From positions 39,493 through 103,492 of the forward strand of contig JAEDKA010000002.1 of assembly GCA_016296065.1 (NCBI GenBank): a stretch of 64,000 nucleotides of DNA, given 5' to 3'. The position numbers and the translations under genes were made by a program. This DNA is from Kiritimatiellia bacterium. GTDB lineage: Bacteria > Verrucomicrobiota > Kiritimatiellia > RFP12 > UBA1067. Of this stretch, positions 1-10,056 are shown piece by piece. Within the stretch, counting starts at the first letter, position 1; every line of letters begins with the position of its first letter. Below the pieces are notes generated by a model. That model was not told the origin of the DNA. It did not search any database and was given only the letters and a program-made list of their open reading frames with translations.

Positions 1-151
1 GTTCAGGGTGCCGGTCTCGGATTCCGGGCGGGCGTTCTTCAGGGTCGGACGGGCAGCGGCGCGGGAATAGGCCGAATGTCCGGCCCGGCAGACGCGGAAT
101 ATGGTAAAATATGCCCAGTGCCCCGCCATGGGGGCAAAGGAGGCAAATATC

Positions 152-1522
152 ATGTCGTCTGTATTCGAGAAGATAATGTCGGACCGCGTGAAGTACTCGT
201 GCAACGTGAAGACGCTGGGCGAGTGCAAGCTGCCGTCGCCTGTCCGTCACAAGAAGTACGTCGCGGATGGCGAACGCGTGTTCGCGACGGAGAACGAGAC
301 CTTCGCCAGGTACGCCGAGACAAGGCTAGGGCATCTGCCTACGTTCGAGAAGGCCGGGCCGAAGGAGCGCATCTTCCACGACCCGAGCTGGACGCGCGTC
401 GGCATCGTGACGGCCGGCGGACTCTGCCCCGGGCTCAACACGGTCATAAAGGGGCTTGTCGAAATCCTCAAGTTCGATTACGGCGTCACGAACGTCTATG
501 GCATCCGATACGGCTACGCGGGGCTTAATCCGAAATACGGCTACGAGCCGAAGATGCTCGACCCGGATGCGGTGGACACTATTCACGAGGTTGGCGGCAC
601 GGTGCTCGGCTCGAGCCGCGGACAGCAGCCGTCCGACATCATGGTGGACACGCTCGTCAGGATGAACATCAACGTCCTCTTCTGCATCGGCGGTGACGGG
701 TCCCTTCGCTGCGCGAGCGACATTGCCGCCGAAGTCGCGCGCCGGAATCTTAATATTTCCGTCGTGGGCATCCCGAAGACCGTCGACAACGACCTCATGT
801 TCGTCGGACGCAGCTTCGGCTTCGAAAGCGCCGTCGCCGAGGCGGCGGAAGTGATACGCAATGCGCATGTCGAGGCGAAGGGCACGCCGCACGGCATCGG
901 GCTCGTGAAGCTCATGGGACGCGATTCCGGCTTCATCGCGGCGGCGGCCACCATCGCCAACCCTGTCGTGAACTTCTGTCTCGTCCCCGAAGTGAAGTTC
1001 GAGATGGAGGGGCAGTGCGGCCTCCTCGCCGCGTTGGAGCGCCGCTTCGCCGCCGGGAAGTCGCACGCCGTCATCGTCGTGGCGGAGGGCGCGGGGCAGG
1101 AGCTCCTCGAGGGCGCCGAGGAGCGCGATGCGAGCGGAAACATCCTAAAGAAGGACATTGGAGAGTTCCTGAAGCGCCGGATCGCCGCCCACTTCAAGGC
1201 GAAGGGCCTCGACTCCAGCGTCAAGTACATAGACCCCAGCTACATCATCCGCAGCTGTCCCGCGCGCGGAACGGACGCGATACGGTGCTATGAGCTCGCC
1301 CGCGCGGCGGTACATGCCGCGATGGCCGGGCGCACCGACTGCGTCGTCGGGAACGTCGGCGAGAGCTGTTCGCTCGTGCCCATAGCCCTCGCGACGATCG
1401 AGCGCCAGAAGCTTGATACCGACAGCCAGGCCTGGAGGAGCGTCCTCGACGCGACCGGCCAGGAGTTTTACTTCAATGGAGTAGCCCGCGACATCTTTGC
1501 CGGCGACGCCTTTGCTCCGTGA
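152..1522 (+). CDS. 6-phosphofructokinase (PFK family, ATP- or PPi-dependent)
   Basis: GGDGS and GIPKTVDNDL motifs typical of PFK; start moved to MSSVFEK at 152, which has RBS aaaggagg and an upstream TGGTAAAAT promoter. Confidence 0.85.
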   Translation: MSSVFEKIMSDRVKYSCNVKTLGECKLPSPVRHKKYVADGERVFATENETFARYAETRLGHLPTFEKAGPKERIFHDPSWTRVGIVTAGGLCPGLNTVIKGLVEILKFDYGVTNVYGIRYGYAGLNPKYGYEPKMLDPDAVDTIHEVGGTVLGSSRGQQPSDIMVDTLVRMNINVLFCIGGDGSLRCASDIAAEVARRNLNISVVGIPKTVDNDLMFVGRSFGFESAVAEAAEVIRNAHVEAKGTPHGIGLVKLMGRDSGFIAAAATIANPVVNFCLVPEVKFEMEGQCGLLAALERRFAAGKSHAVIVVAEGAGQELLEGAEERDASGNILKKDIGEFLKRRIAAHFKAKGLDSSVKYIDPSYIIRSCPARGTDAIRCYELARAAVHAAMAGRTDCVVGNVGESCSLVPIALATIERQKLDTDSQAWRSVLDATGQEFYFNGVARDIFAGDAFAP

Positions 1523-1571
1523 ACGCGAATTTCCAGTGAACCGTCCGCCGCGCTGCGGCGTTTGACAGGGC

Positions 1572-3698
1572 ATGAAAAGCGATCTAGTTGTCTTCTGCGC
1601 CGCCGTCTCCGGCGCGCTTGCGTGTTTCGGACAGGAGCCGGCGGCTGATGGCGCCGCTTCCACTAACTCCGTCGCCGACCTCGGCACGGTCCTGGTGGAG
1701 GGCTCGGCGCTCTCCAGGTACCGCCCGGAGACGGTCAGCTCCGGAACCTTCACCGACGTTCCGCCCGAAAAGCTGCCCTGCGTGGTCGACACGCTCACCG
1801 AGGACTTCATCCGCGAGCACAACCCCACGGACCTGAACGACCTCCTCCGCCACGTGCCGGGAATAGAGACCGGCGGAACCTCGCTTCTCGTGCGCCAGCC
1901 GGGGCTCTTCACCATCCGCGGCAAGGGCGGCACTGAGCCGGCGATCGACGGAATGTACTCCGTCGGACGCGGCCCCGGGCTTTTCATGGATCCGTTCCTC
2001 ATGGAGCGCGTCGAGATCGTGAAGGGCCCGATAGCCTCCCTCGCGGGCGGCTCCGGCGCGGCCTCGAACGCCAACGGTGCCGGCGGCTCGATCAACATGT
2101 ACCTCAAGGGCGCCCACCTCGGGGGCGACGAGGTGAACCTCCAGGCCAACACGTCCGTCGGGAAGCACACCTTCCGCCAGCGCGGGATGGCCGACGCCAA
2201 CGAGACGTTTGCGGACGGGAAGGGCGCGGTGCGCGTCGTGGGGACGGCGGACTACTACGAGCCCGCGTACATCCACGAGGGATCGCAGAAGGGCGCGCGC
2301 GGCCGCGAGTCGTTCTCCGTCGCGCCGAGCTTCGTGTTCAAGCCGAACGACGACGTCACGTTCGGGCTCAAGACGATGTTCCAGTACGCCGACACGCCAA
2401 GCTACATCGGCGTTCCCGTGTGGCGCGGCCGCCCCGGCGGAGGCTATCGCTGGTACGAGTCGTCGTGCCTGCCCGGGGATCGTCAGCACTACGAGGGAAT
2501 GCTGATCAACCCCTGGGTCGACTGGCAGGTGACGGAGAACTGGCTCCTCAAGTTCGGCGGCGCGTTCCAGTTTGCGTCCATGGACCAGACGACGCGCGAG
2601 CCGTACGCCGGACGCGGCGCGGAGCTTCTGAACTACTACGACACGGGGCTATGGAGCTCCGGCGAGAAGTACATGACCTCAGGCTTTTCGGAGTCGAAGT
2701 CGCTCCTGCGCACCTACAGCGCCTACGGACGCTCGATCTACGACACGGAGTTCGACTTCGGGCTCAGGAACAGCTTCCTCACCCAGCTCGACACGCGCTA
2801 TAGCGACGGCTCCGTCTTCTCCGCGGCCTCCACGCGCCACGGCGTGACGCTGCAGGACTCCGTGACGTGGGGCTGGCTCTCGCTGCTCGGCGGGGTGAGG
2901 TACGACTACATCCACCTGAACGACGCCGCTGGGACGGCGGGGCAGGACGGGCACGGCGTGTCGCCGCGCGGCGGGATCTCCGTCCAGCCGCTCGACTGGC
3001 TCGTCTTCTTCGGCAACATCTCGCAGACGCGCACCCCCATGCTCAGCATGAAGGGCGCGGACGGAGATCCGCTGACGAAGCCATGGTACGCGACGCAGGT
3101 CGAGGGAGGCGTGAGGATCAAGACCTTCGAGCGCCTGTGGCTCACCGCGTCCGCATACCGCATCGAGCAGGAGAACACGCCGTCGCAGATCGCGAACACG
3201 ACGTACTACGAGCAGGAGGGGCGCAACACCTCGCGCGGCGCGGAGCTGTCGCTCTCCGGCGACATCACGGACAACTGGACGATGATGGCCATGTACGCGT
3301 ACAACAAGTACACCGACCGCACCGTCGCCCCGGGCGAGAAGGGGCGCGACTTCGAGCGCTACCCCGCGCACGCCGTGACGTTCTCCACGTCGTACCGAAT
3401 CTCGTCCGGCCCGCTGGAGGACGTTGTCCTCGGATGCGGCTTCCGCTTCCGCTCGATGAGCTATGCGTGCGTTCGCGGCGTTTATCAGGACAAAAACCTG
3501 AGATTTGATCCGTCCTACCTCTTCGACGTCAACGTGTCCATGCCGCTCTCCAAGTTCGGCGGACCGGAGAACTGGACCCTCACGCTCGGCGTTCGGAACC
3601 TCTTTGGGGAGAAGTACTTCGACACGGCGCGCCACTACTACGAGTGCCTTGTAGGCGAGCCGCGCACGTTCGAGATCGGGCTTCGCGCGAGGTTCTGA
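1572..3698 (+). CDS. TonB-dependent outer membrane receptor
   Basis: signal peptide; plug-domain-like N-terminus (DTLTEDFIREHNPTDLNDLLRHVPG); long beta-barrel-like body; C-terminal aromatic residue (…RARF). Confidence 0.8.
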   Translation: MKSDLVVFCAAVSGALACFGQEPAADGAASTNSVADLGTVLVEGSALSRYRPETVSSGTFTDVPPEKLPCVVDTLTEDFIREHNPTDLNDLLRHVPGIETGGTSLLVRQPGLFTIRGKGGTEPAIDGMYSVGRGPGLFMDPFLMERVEIVKGPIASLAGGSGAASNANGAGGSINMYLKGAHLGGDEVNLQANTSVGKHTFRQRGMADANETFADGKGAVRVVGTADYYEPAYIHEGSQKGARGRESFSVAPSFVFKPNDDVTFGLKTMFQYADTPSYIGVPVWRGRPGGGYRWYESSCLPGDRQHYEGMLINPWVDWQVTENWLLKFGGAFQFASMDQTTREPYAGRGAELLNYYDTGLWSSGEKYMTSGFSESKSLLRTYSAYGRSIYDTEFDFGLRNSFLTQLDTRYSDGSVFSAASTRHGVTLQDSVTWGWLSLLGGVRYDYIHLNDAAGTAGQDGHGVSPRGGISVQPLDWLVFFGNISQTRTPMLSMKGADGDPLTKPWYATQVEGGVRIKTFERLWLTASAYRIEQENTPSQIANTTYYEQEGRNTSRGAELSLSGDITDNWTMMAMYAYNKYTDRTVAPGEKGRDFERYPAHAVTFSTSYRISSGPLEDVVLGCGFRFRSMSYACVRGVYQDKNLRFDPSYLFDVNVSMPLSKFGGPENWTLTLGVRNLFGEKYFDTARHYYECLVGEPRTFEIGLRARF

Positions 3699-3699
3699 C

Positions 3700-4480
3700 C
3701 TCAATTTCGCCCTAATCGCGCACTTGATTGGGTGCAACGGGCGATTTATGCAAGGATGCAGCAAAGTGCCCGCATCTGCGCATAGCGCATATATTGGCGT
3801 ATATGTGTTTGCGCCTGCGTCGACGGAGCGACGCAACCCCCTGTAGCGCGACGGGATGCTCAGCGCCTCCCATGGAGACGCGGCTTCCAGCCGCGTTGCC
3901 CCCTAAACGTTCTTGCCTATAACTAATTCCCAGCCATTGCTTTCGCTACTTGGAGTTCTGGAGTTTTGGAGAACTTGAGATTCAGACGCGTTCTCCCAAA
4001 CTCCGAGACTCCCAATAGCGAAAGCAATCAAATGCTGCGGCGACGCAACCCCCTGCAAGCGATCCGTTCACTACAGGGCCACCCTACAGGGGGTCCGTCG
4101 CGCGGGGCCTTGCGGCTGCTTCGCAGTTCGCGCTACGCGCTCACCCAACCCGACGCCTTCGGCGCGGGCGCATCCCGCGACGGACATTCGCAGCTATCGC
4201 ACAGAATCAAAAGAATCGGGAGCGCGCGAGAAAAGCGAATGGAAAATGACTTTCTAGTCAACTGCTCCACGCCCTTCCTTGTTGCGTCGCGGAGCGACGC
4301 AACCCCCTGCCAAGATTCGTGGTCGCGCGTCAGCGCCAAACACACATATACTCCAATATATGCGCAATGCGCAAATCCTGGCAATTTGCCACGCTCTCGC
4401 ATAAATCTCTCGGTGCACCCGACCTCAATTTCGTCCTCATCGCGCACTTGATTTCCGCCCCCAGGTAATGGTATAATTAC
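3700..4480. repeat. composite non-coding repeat region: 32-bp direct repeats at both ends, ~85-bp inverted repeats inside them, three copies of GCGACGCAACCCCCTG and long palindromic hairpins
   Basis: 3700-3731 = 4421-4452 (direct); 3733-3815 is approximately the reverse complement of 4330-4415; hairpin 3943-4025; motif at 3826, 4036, 4283 with an inverted copy near 4093. Confidence 0.55.
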
Positions 4481-4483
4481 AGC

Positions 4484-4711
4484 ATGAAAATCAAAAAGCC
4501 TATGAAGGCGCCAGGCGCCGAAACCACTGGCGGGGCCGCAATCGCCGACAGGTTCAAGCTTGATCCTGTCGACAACGCCGCGAGCCGCGCTGGGACCGTC
4601 AGCAAGAAGTCTGCGACGACCGCGCTTATCTTCGGGCTGATCGCCCTTGCGGTCACGATTGCCCTTACGGCGACGATCTACCAGCACTGGAACTTCCTGA
4701 TGCCGGTCTGA
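4484..4711 (+). CDS. small hypothetical membrane protein
   Basis: 75-aa ORF with a C-terminal hydrophobic helix, directly upstream of nadC. Confidence 0.3.
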   Translation: MKIKKPMKAPGAETTGGAAIADRFKLDPVDNAASRAGTVSKKSATTALIFGLIALAVTIALTATIYQHWNFLMPV

Positions 4712-4724
4712 GGAGCGTCTCGCC

Positions 4725-5612
4725 ATGAAGGATGTGATGCTGAGCACCCGGGCCAAAGCCGCGGTGAAGCTTGCGCTTGACGAAGACCTGGCCGATGCGG
4801 CGGATGCGCGCCGCACTAAGTGGTGCGACGCCACGAGCGAGGCGCTGGTCGACCCGAAGGCCGTCGCAACAGGCGAGATATACTCCAAGGGGACGGGGTG
4901 CGTGGTTGCCGGCGCTACGGTCGCGAAGGCCGTCATGAAGGCGGTGGATCCGAAGATCAAGGTCAATATCCTCAAGCCGGACGGCTCCGTCGTCAAGCCT
5001 GGCGAGCCGATTCTGACTTTCCGCGGCAAGGCGCGTTCGATCCTCGCCGCGGAGCGCACGGCGCTCAACTTCATGCAGCGCATGTGCGCGACGGCGACGC
5101 TGGCGAAGAAGTTCGTGGACGCGACGAAGCGCTATGGGACCCTTATTCTGGACACGAGGAAGACGACTCCTGGCCTTAGGGTGTTCGAGAAGTACGCCGT
5201 CACCTGCGGCGGCGGTACGAACCACCGCTTTGGAATGTATGACCGCGTCCTCATGAAGGACAACCATCGCCGCCTCTGGAAGGGCGGGAATCCCGACGAG
5301 CTTGACCAGGCCGTAGTCGCCGCACGCAAGAAGTTCCCGAAGCTCGCCGTAGAGGTGGAGGTCGAGAGCCTCAGGGAGTGCGCGAGCGCGCTCAAGGCGA
5401 AGCCCGAGTGGATCATGCTCGACAACATGAGCTGCGCCGACATGAAGAAGTGCGTGAAGATGTGCCGCGGCATCTCGAAGACCGAGGCGTCCGGCGGCAT
5501 AACGCTCGAGCGCGCGAAGGAAGTCGCCGCAACAGGCGTCACCGCGATCTCGCTCGGCTGCCTCACCCATTCCGCCGGTTCGGTGGACCTTTCGCTCGAG
5601 TGGCGGACGTGA
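4725..5612 (+). CDS. nadC: nicotinate-nucleotide pyrophosphorylase (quinolinate phosphoribosyltransferase)
   Basis: strong similarity to NadC, including LDTRKTTPGLR and MKDNH motifs. Confidence 0.85.
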   Translation: MKDVMLSTRAKAAVKLALDEDLADAADARRTKWCDATSEALVDPKAVATGEIYSKGTGCVVAGATVAKAVMKAVDPKIKVNILKPDGSVVKPGEPILTFRGKARSILAAERTALNFMQRMCATATLAKKFVDATKRYGTLILDTRKTTPGLRVFEKYAVTCGGGTNHRFGMYDRVLMKDNHRRLWKGGNPDELDQAVVAARKKFPKLAVEVEVESLRECASALKAKPEWIMLDNMSCADMKKCVKMCRGISKTEASGGITLERAKEVAATGVTAISLGCLTHSAGSVDLSLEWRT

Positions 5613-5670
5613 CAGCGCCGTCGGATGGCCCGGACGATGCAATTTCCATACAGTTACAGAGACAAAGACA

Positions 5671-6969
5671 ATGAAAGACCTTAAGGAAGCCTACAAGACC
5701 ATCGAAGCGGACCATTTCGCGCCCAAGATGGAGATTTCGTTCATCGACGGCGATAGCCGCCAGACCTTCCAGTACGAGAAGGTGACATGGAACATCGGAG
5801 GGGAGGAGAAGGGACTCCGCTACGGAGAGAACCCCGGACAGGAGGCCGCGCTCTACAGGCTCGTGAACGTGAACCTCGTTCTCGGAGACGTCGAGATGCT
5901 TCAGGCGGGGCAGTACCTCGCGTCTGTCCCGGAGCTTCTCCAGAGCGGCAAGCACCCCGGCAAGACGAACGTCACCGACACTGACAACGCGCTGAATATC
6001 CTCCGCTACCTGATGGAGAAGCCCACGGCCGTCATCGTCAAGCACAACAACCCGTGCGGCGTCGCGACGGGCTCCACGCTCGCGGAGGCGTACTTCCGCG
6101 CGAACAAGGCCGATCGTCTCGCCGCGTTCGGCGGCGCGATCGCGCTGAACCGCGAGTGCGACATGGAGACGGCGAAGCTCATCGTCGAGAACTACGCCGA
6201 AGTGGTCGTCGCGCCAGACTTCAAGCCGGGCGTGATGGATCTCTTCGCGACGAAGAAGAACCTCAGGGTCTTCCGCATCAGGAACATGTCGCGCCTCACC
6301 GATTTCGTCGCGAAGCACGTCGTGGACTTCAAGTCCCTGATCGACGGAGGCATCGTCGCGCAGACGTCGTTCAGCGCGAACGCGAGGAAGCCCGAGGACT
6401 TCATGCCTGCGTACTGCAACCGCAAGATCACGAACAAGGAGACGGGAGAGGTCCGCTTCGAGGAGCACAAGATCGCCCGCCTCCCGTCCGCGAAGGAGTA
6501 CGAGGACCTCGTGTTCGGCTGGCTCGTCGAGGCCGGCGTCACGTCCAATTCGGTCCTCTACGTGAAGGACGGCGCCACTGTCGGAATCGGCACCGGCGAG
6601 CAGGATCGCGTCGGCGTCGCGGAGATCGCGCGCGACAAGGCGTACACGAAGCACGCGGACTGGATTGCGTGGGAGAAGTACCAGAAGCCATACAACGACC
6701 TCCGCCTCGTCTTCGGCGAGGAGGACGGCGCGAAGAAGCAGGCCGAGATCATGGAGCAGACGAAGTCCGAGAAGGGCGGGCTTCCCGGCTGCGCGATGGT
6801 GTCCGACGCGTTCTTCCCGTTCCGCGACGGAGCGGAAGTCGGCATCCGCGAGGGCATCACCTCGATCGTCCAGCCTGGCGGCGCTATCCGCGACTGGGAC
6901 GTCATCGACTGCTGCAACGACGCGGGCGTCGCAATGGTCTTCACCGGCCAGCGCTCGTTCAGGCACTGA
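5671..6969 (+). CDS. AICAR transformylase domain protein (PurH-like, lacks N-terminal MGS/IMP cyclohydrolase domain)
   Basis: LRYGENPGQ and KHNNPCGVA motifs of the PurH AICARFT domain; 432 aa. Confidence 0.7.
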   Translation: MKDLKEAYKTIEADHFAPKMEISFIDGDSRQTFQYEKVTWNIGGEEKGLRYGENPGQEAALYRLVNVNLVLGDVEMLQAGQYLASVPELLQSGKHPGKTNVTDTDNALNILRYLMEKPTAVIVKHNNPCGVATGSTLAEAYFRANKADRLAAFGGAIALNRECDMETAKLIVENYAEVVVAPDFKPGVMDLFATKKNLRVFRIRNMSRLTDFVAKHVVDFKSLIDGGIVAQTSFSANARKPEDFMPAYCNRKITNKETGEVRFEEHKIARLPSAKEYEDLVFGWLVEAGVTSNSVLYVKDGATVGIGTGEQDRVGVAEIARDKAYTKHADWIAWEKYQKPYNDLRLVFGEEDGAKKQAEIMEQTKSEKGGLPGCAMVSDAFFPFRDGAEVGIREGITSIVQPGGAIRDWDVIDCCNDAGVAMVFTGQRSFRH

Positions 6970-7109
6970 TACCGTGCCATGCTGCGCATAGCCTTTTTGA
7001 CGGCCGCCGTGTTGGCGAACTGCACGGTGGCCGCCTCGAACGGGGACTGCGGACAGGGAGTTCTGGGGCGACACGCTGCGAACTGAACGAGCTCGGGCGC
7101 AGCGGCGAT

Positions 7110-7228
7110 CTGGTAAAACGCGCTTCCAGCGCGTTTACGTCGGCGGGGGTGAAACGCGCAAGATGCGCGTTTTACCAGTTGGTGGCGGTTTTTTGAAACG
7201 CGCAAGATGCGCGTTTTACCAGTTGGCG
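7110..7228. terminator. three tandem GC-rich hairpins (one inverted copy, two direct copies of AAACGCGCAAGATGCGCGTTTTACCAGTTGG); probable bidirectional terminators
   Basis: hairpins at 7113-7138, 7152-7174 and 7196-7218, each ending in a T-run. Confidence 0.5.
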
Positions 7229-7278
7229 CGGGATTTGCTTATTGTTGGCGTCGAAACCGACAGAAAGGAAAACACGCC

Positions 7279-7473
7279 ATGAAGCCAAAGGCAAAGAAAA
7301 TCAGGATGACCGATGCCGAAATCAAGGAGGCGACCGAGCGCGACAAGGAATGGATGGACAGCATCGGTCCGGATGACGAGATCGTCGTCGACAAGAAAAT
7401 CCTCGGCGGCATCCTCGGCACTCTACCCCTCATACCCAAAAGGGGCATTGTAGTGGGATGCGCAATCTGGTAG
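7279..7473 (+). CDS. small hypothetical protein
   Basis: ORF with RBS gaaaggaaaa; charged N-terminus and hydrophobic C-terminus. Confidence 0.35.
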   Translation: MKPKAKKIRMTDAEIKEATERDKEWMDSIGPDDEIVVDKKILGGILGTLPLIPKRGIVVGCAIW

Positions 7474-7512
7474 AATTACGCTGTTGACTAGTAAAACGAC
7501 AAAGGGAAAGCT

Positions 7513-10029
7513 ATGAACAAATCAGTTGCCGCAGTATGTGCCCTTGCGGGCGTCGCGATTGCCGGAGCGACCTTTGCAGCGAACGAGGCAAGGATCGCAC
7601 TCCGCCCTGGAGACAAGGGACCGGATGTCCCCAAGACACTTTACGGGATATTCTTCGAGGACATCAACTACTCCGCCGACGGCGGAATCTACCCCGAGCT
7701 CGTGGCCAACCGCGGCTTCGACTGGGACAACGGCTCGACGCGCGGATGGGAGAACGACTTCCGCGGCGACGCGCAGGCGCGCGTCTCCATCGAGCACGGA
7801 CGCCCCGTGCACGAGGTGACCGCGAGCCATGTGAGGATCGACGCGTACGGCGCGGGAGGCGGCAAGGGCGCAGGACTCCGCAACCGCGGCTACCACGGCA
7901 TGTACGTCGAGAAGGGGAAGAAGTACGACCTCTCGTTCTATGTCCGCGGAATCGACGGATACAAAGGCGGCGTGCGCGTGGTGCTTGAGGCCGACGGACG
8001 CGTCCTCGCCGAGAAGCGCGTCGCCAATTCCGAGATGAACGTCGGCGGAGCGCGCGGTGACGCCATCTTCCCGGAACTGCCGGAGTGGACAAGGGTCGAA
8101 TCCGTGTTTGAGCCTTCGGAGACGACACGCAAGGCTACGCTGTCCATCCTGGCCGACTCCGCCGGAATCGTCGAATTCGAGCAGGTTTCGCTTTTCCCTC
8201 AGGACACGTTCAACGGCAGGAAGAACGGCCTGCGCAAAGATCTCGTGCAGATGCTAAAAGACCTGAAGCCCGGGATAATGCGCTTCCCGGGCGGATGCCT
8301 CGTCGAAGGCCGCGACTGGAACCTATGGTACGACTGGAAGATCTCAGTCGGCGACGGATCGCTTGAGTCGCGCCGGTGCATCTGGAACACGTGGGACTAC
8401 TGGCAGACGATGGGGCTCGGCTACTTCGAGTACTTCTGCCTCTGCGAGGACCTCGGCTGCGAACCGCTTCCCGTAATGGCGTCTGGCCTCACCTGCCAGT
8501 TTGCGAAGCCAGTCGACGCCGCGCCGATGGAGTCGATGCCCTACTTCGCGCAGAACCTCCTCGACCTCATCGAGTTCGCGAACGGCGATGTCTCGACGAA
8601 GTGGGGCGCGCTGCGCGCTAAGATGGGCCACCCCAAGCCGTTCAACATGAAGTACCTCGGCATCGGCAACGAAAACTGGGATCAGGTGTTTCTCGACCGC
8701 TTCGAGGCGATCGCGAAGATCATCCGCGAGAAGCATCCCGAGATCCGCATCGTTTCGTCCTCCGGCCCCGGCCCGGACGGACATTCCTTCGACTACGCCT
8801 GGAAGCGGCTGGACACGAAGCTTGCCGACGTCATCGACGAGCACTACTACAAGCCGCCGGAGTGGTTCCGCGAGCAGGGCGGACGCTACGACGGCTACGA
8901 CAGGTCGGGCAGGAAGCCGAACGTCTACGCCGGCGAATACGCATGCCACGTAAAGAACAGGGACAACAACCTCTACTCCGCGCTCTGCGAGGCCGGCGCG
9001 ATGACCGGCTTCGAGCGCAACTGCGACGTCGTCGAGATGACGAGCTATGCGCCGCTTTTCGCCAAGGTCGACTCCTTCAAGTGGAAGCCGGACCTCATCT
9101 GGTTCGACAACGCCGGATGCTTCGGGACGCCCAACTACTATGTCCAGCAGATGTTCGGCGTGAACCGCCCGACTCGCATCGTCCCGTCGTCTGAGAAGGT
9201 GTCTGGCGACGCCGCGTTCTCGTGCGAGGGAGAGCTCGCGCTCCACACATGGAACACGGCGGCCGAGTTCAAGGACATCAAGGTCGTCGACGGAAAAGGG
9301 AAGACGCTGCTCTCGTCCATGCCCGATCCGTCCAAGTGCAAGGTTGAGCGCAACGGACTCTGGACGCTTGCAGGCGGCGTGCTCAAGCAGTCGAACACCG
9401 GTGCGACGGACACGGCGCTTACGCTCCCCTGCGGCGTTGTCGGAGATGCGACTGTGACGTTCAAGGCGCGCCGCACTGCGGGCGACGAAGGGTTCCTCTT
9501 CAGGTTCCGCGCGAAGGACGGACGCCATGCGCACGTCAACATCGGCGGCTGGATGAACAAGGAGCACGGACTTGAGACGCTCGGCTTCCCCGCGGCGCTT
9601 CCGCCCAAAGTCGCCGGGTCGCTCGAGAACAACCGTTGGTACGACGTCAAGGTCATGCTCAAGGGCGACACCGTCACCGCTTCGCTCGACGGACGCGAGA
9701 TATTCTCCGCCGTGCACGTCACGGAGCGCGCTCAGAAGGACTTCTTCCACGTGTGTGGATTCGACGCCGAGAAGGGCGAGCTGGTCGTCAAGTGCGTGAA
9801 CATCTCCGACGAGGCGCGCGAGCTTACCATCGACTTCGGCATGGCGCTCAAGCCAGGAGAAGCGCGCAGGATCGAACTTTCCGGGAAGGCCGGCGAAGTA
9901 AACGACCTTGCGAACCCGAGGCGCGTGGCGCCTGTCGAGAAGACGTTCCGCTTCGCCGGCGGGCGCCAGTTCAAGACGGAGCTCGCGCCCAATTCGCTCA
10001 CGGTGTTCAGGCTGCGCGCCACCCTGTGA
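7513..10029 (+). CDS. alpha-L-arabinofuranosidase, GH51 family, secreted
   Basis: signal peptide; MRFPGGCLVEG and WKISVGDG motifs of GH51; TGGTAGAAT promoter at 7472. Confidence 0.8.
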   Translation: MNKSVAAVCALAGVAIAGATFAANEARIALRPGDKGPDVPKTLYGIFFEDINYSADGGIYPELVANRGFDWDNGSTRGWENDFRGDAQARVSIEHGRPVHEVTASHVRIDAYGAGGGKGAGLRNRGYHGMYVEKGKKYDLSFYVRGIDGYKGGVRVVLEADGRVLAEKRVANSEMNVGGARGDAIFPELPEWTRVESVFEPSETTRKATLSILADSAGIVEFEQVSLFPQDTFNGRKNGLRKDLVQMLKDLKPGIMRFPGGCLVEGRDWNLWYDWKISVGDGSLESRRCIWNTWDYWQTMGLGYFEYFCLCEDLGCEPLPVMASGLTCQFAKPVDAAPMESMPYFAQNLLDLIEFANGDVSTKWGALRAKMGHPKPFNMKYLGIGNENWDQVFLDRFEAIAKIIREKHPEIRIVSSSGPGPDGHSFDYAWKRLDTKLADVIDEHYYKPPEWFREQGGRYDGYDRSGRKPNVYAGEYACHVKNRDNNLYSALCEAGAMTGFERNCDVVEMTSYAPLFAKVDSFKWKPDLIWFDNAGCFGTPNYYVQQMFGVNRPTRIVPSSEKVSGDAAFSCEGELALHTWNTAAEFKDIKVVDGKGKTLLSSMPDPSKCKVERNGLWTLAGGVLKQSNTGATDTALTLPCGVVGDATVTFKARRTAGDEGFLFRFRAKDGRHAHVNIGGWMNKEHGLETLGFPAALPPKVAGSLENNRWYDVKVMLKGDTVTASLDGREIFSAVHVTERAQKDFFHVCGFDAEKGELVVKCVNISDEARELTIDFGMALKPGEARRIELSGKAGEVNDLANPRRVAPVEKTFRFAGGRQFKTELAPNSLTVFRLRATL

Positions 10030-10056
10030 GGGGCGTGGCAATCGCAGGGATTTGAC

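Noticed and set aside
1-100. Possible gene running off the left edge
   Set aside because: Several frames stay open over only ~70 nt with no recognisable motif. The evidence is insufficient for a call.
326-1066. Long antisense or alternative-frame ORFs throughout the GC-rich genes (e.g. 326-1066(-), 2679-3836(-), 5563-7074(-), 8344-10041(-), 14211-15413(-), 16737-18503(-), 18968-20062(-), 19947-21419(-), 48957-50945(-), 52343-54544(-), 55911-57872(-))
   Set aside because: They lie opposite or out of frame to genes with clear homology, have Arg/Ala/Pro-rich low-complexity composition typical of high-GC shadow ORFs, and have no RBS or promoter.
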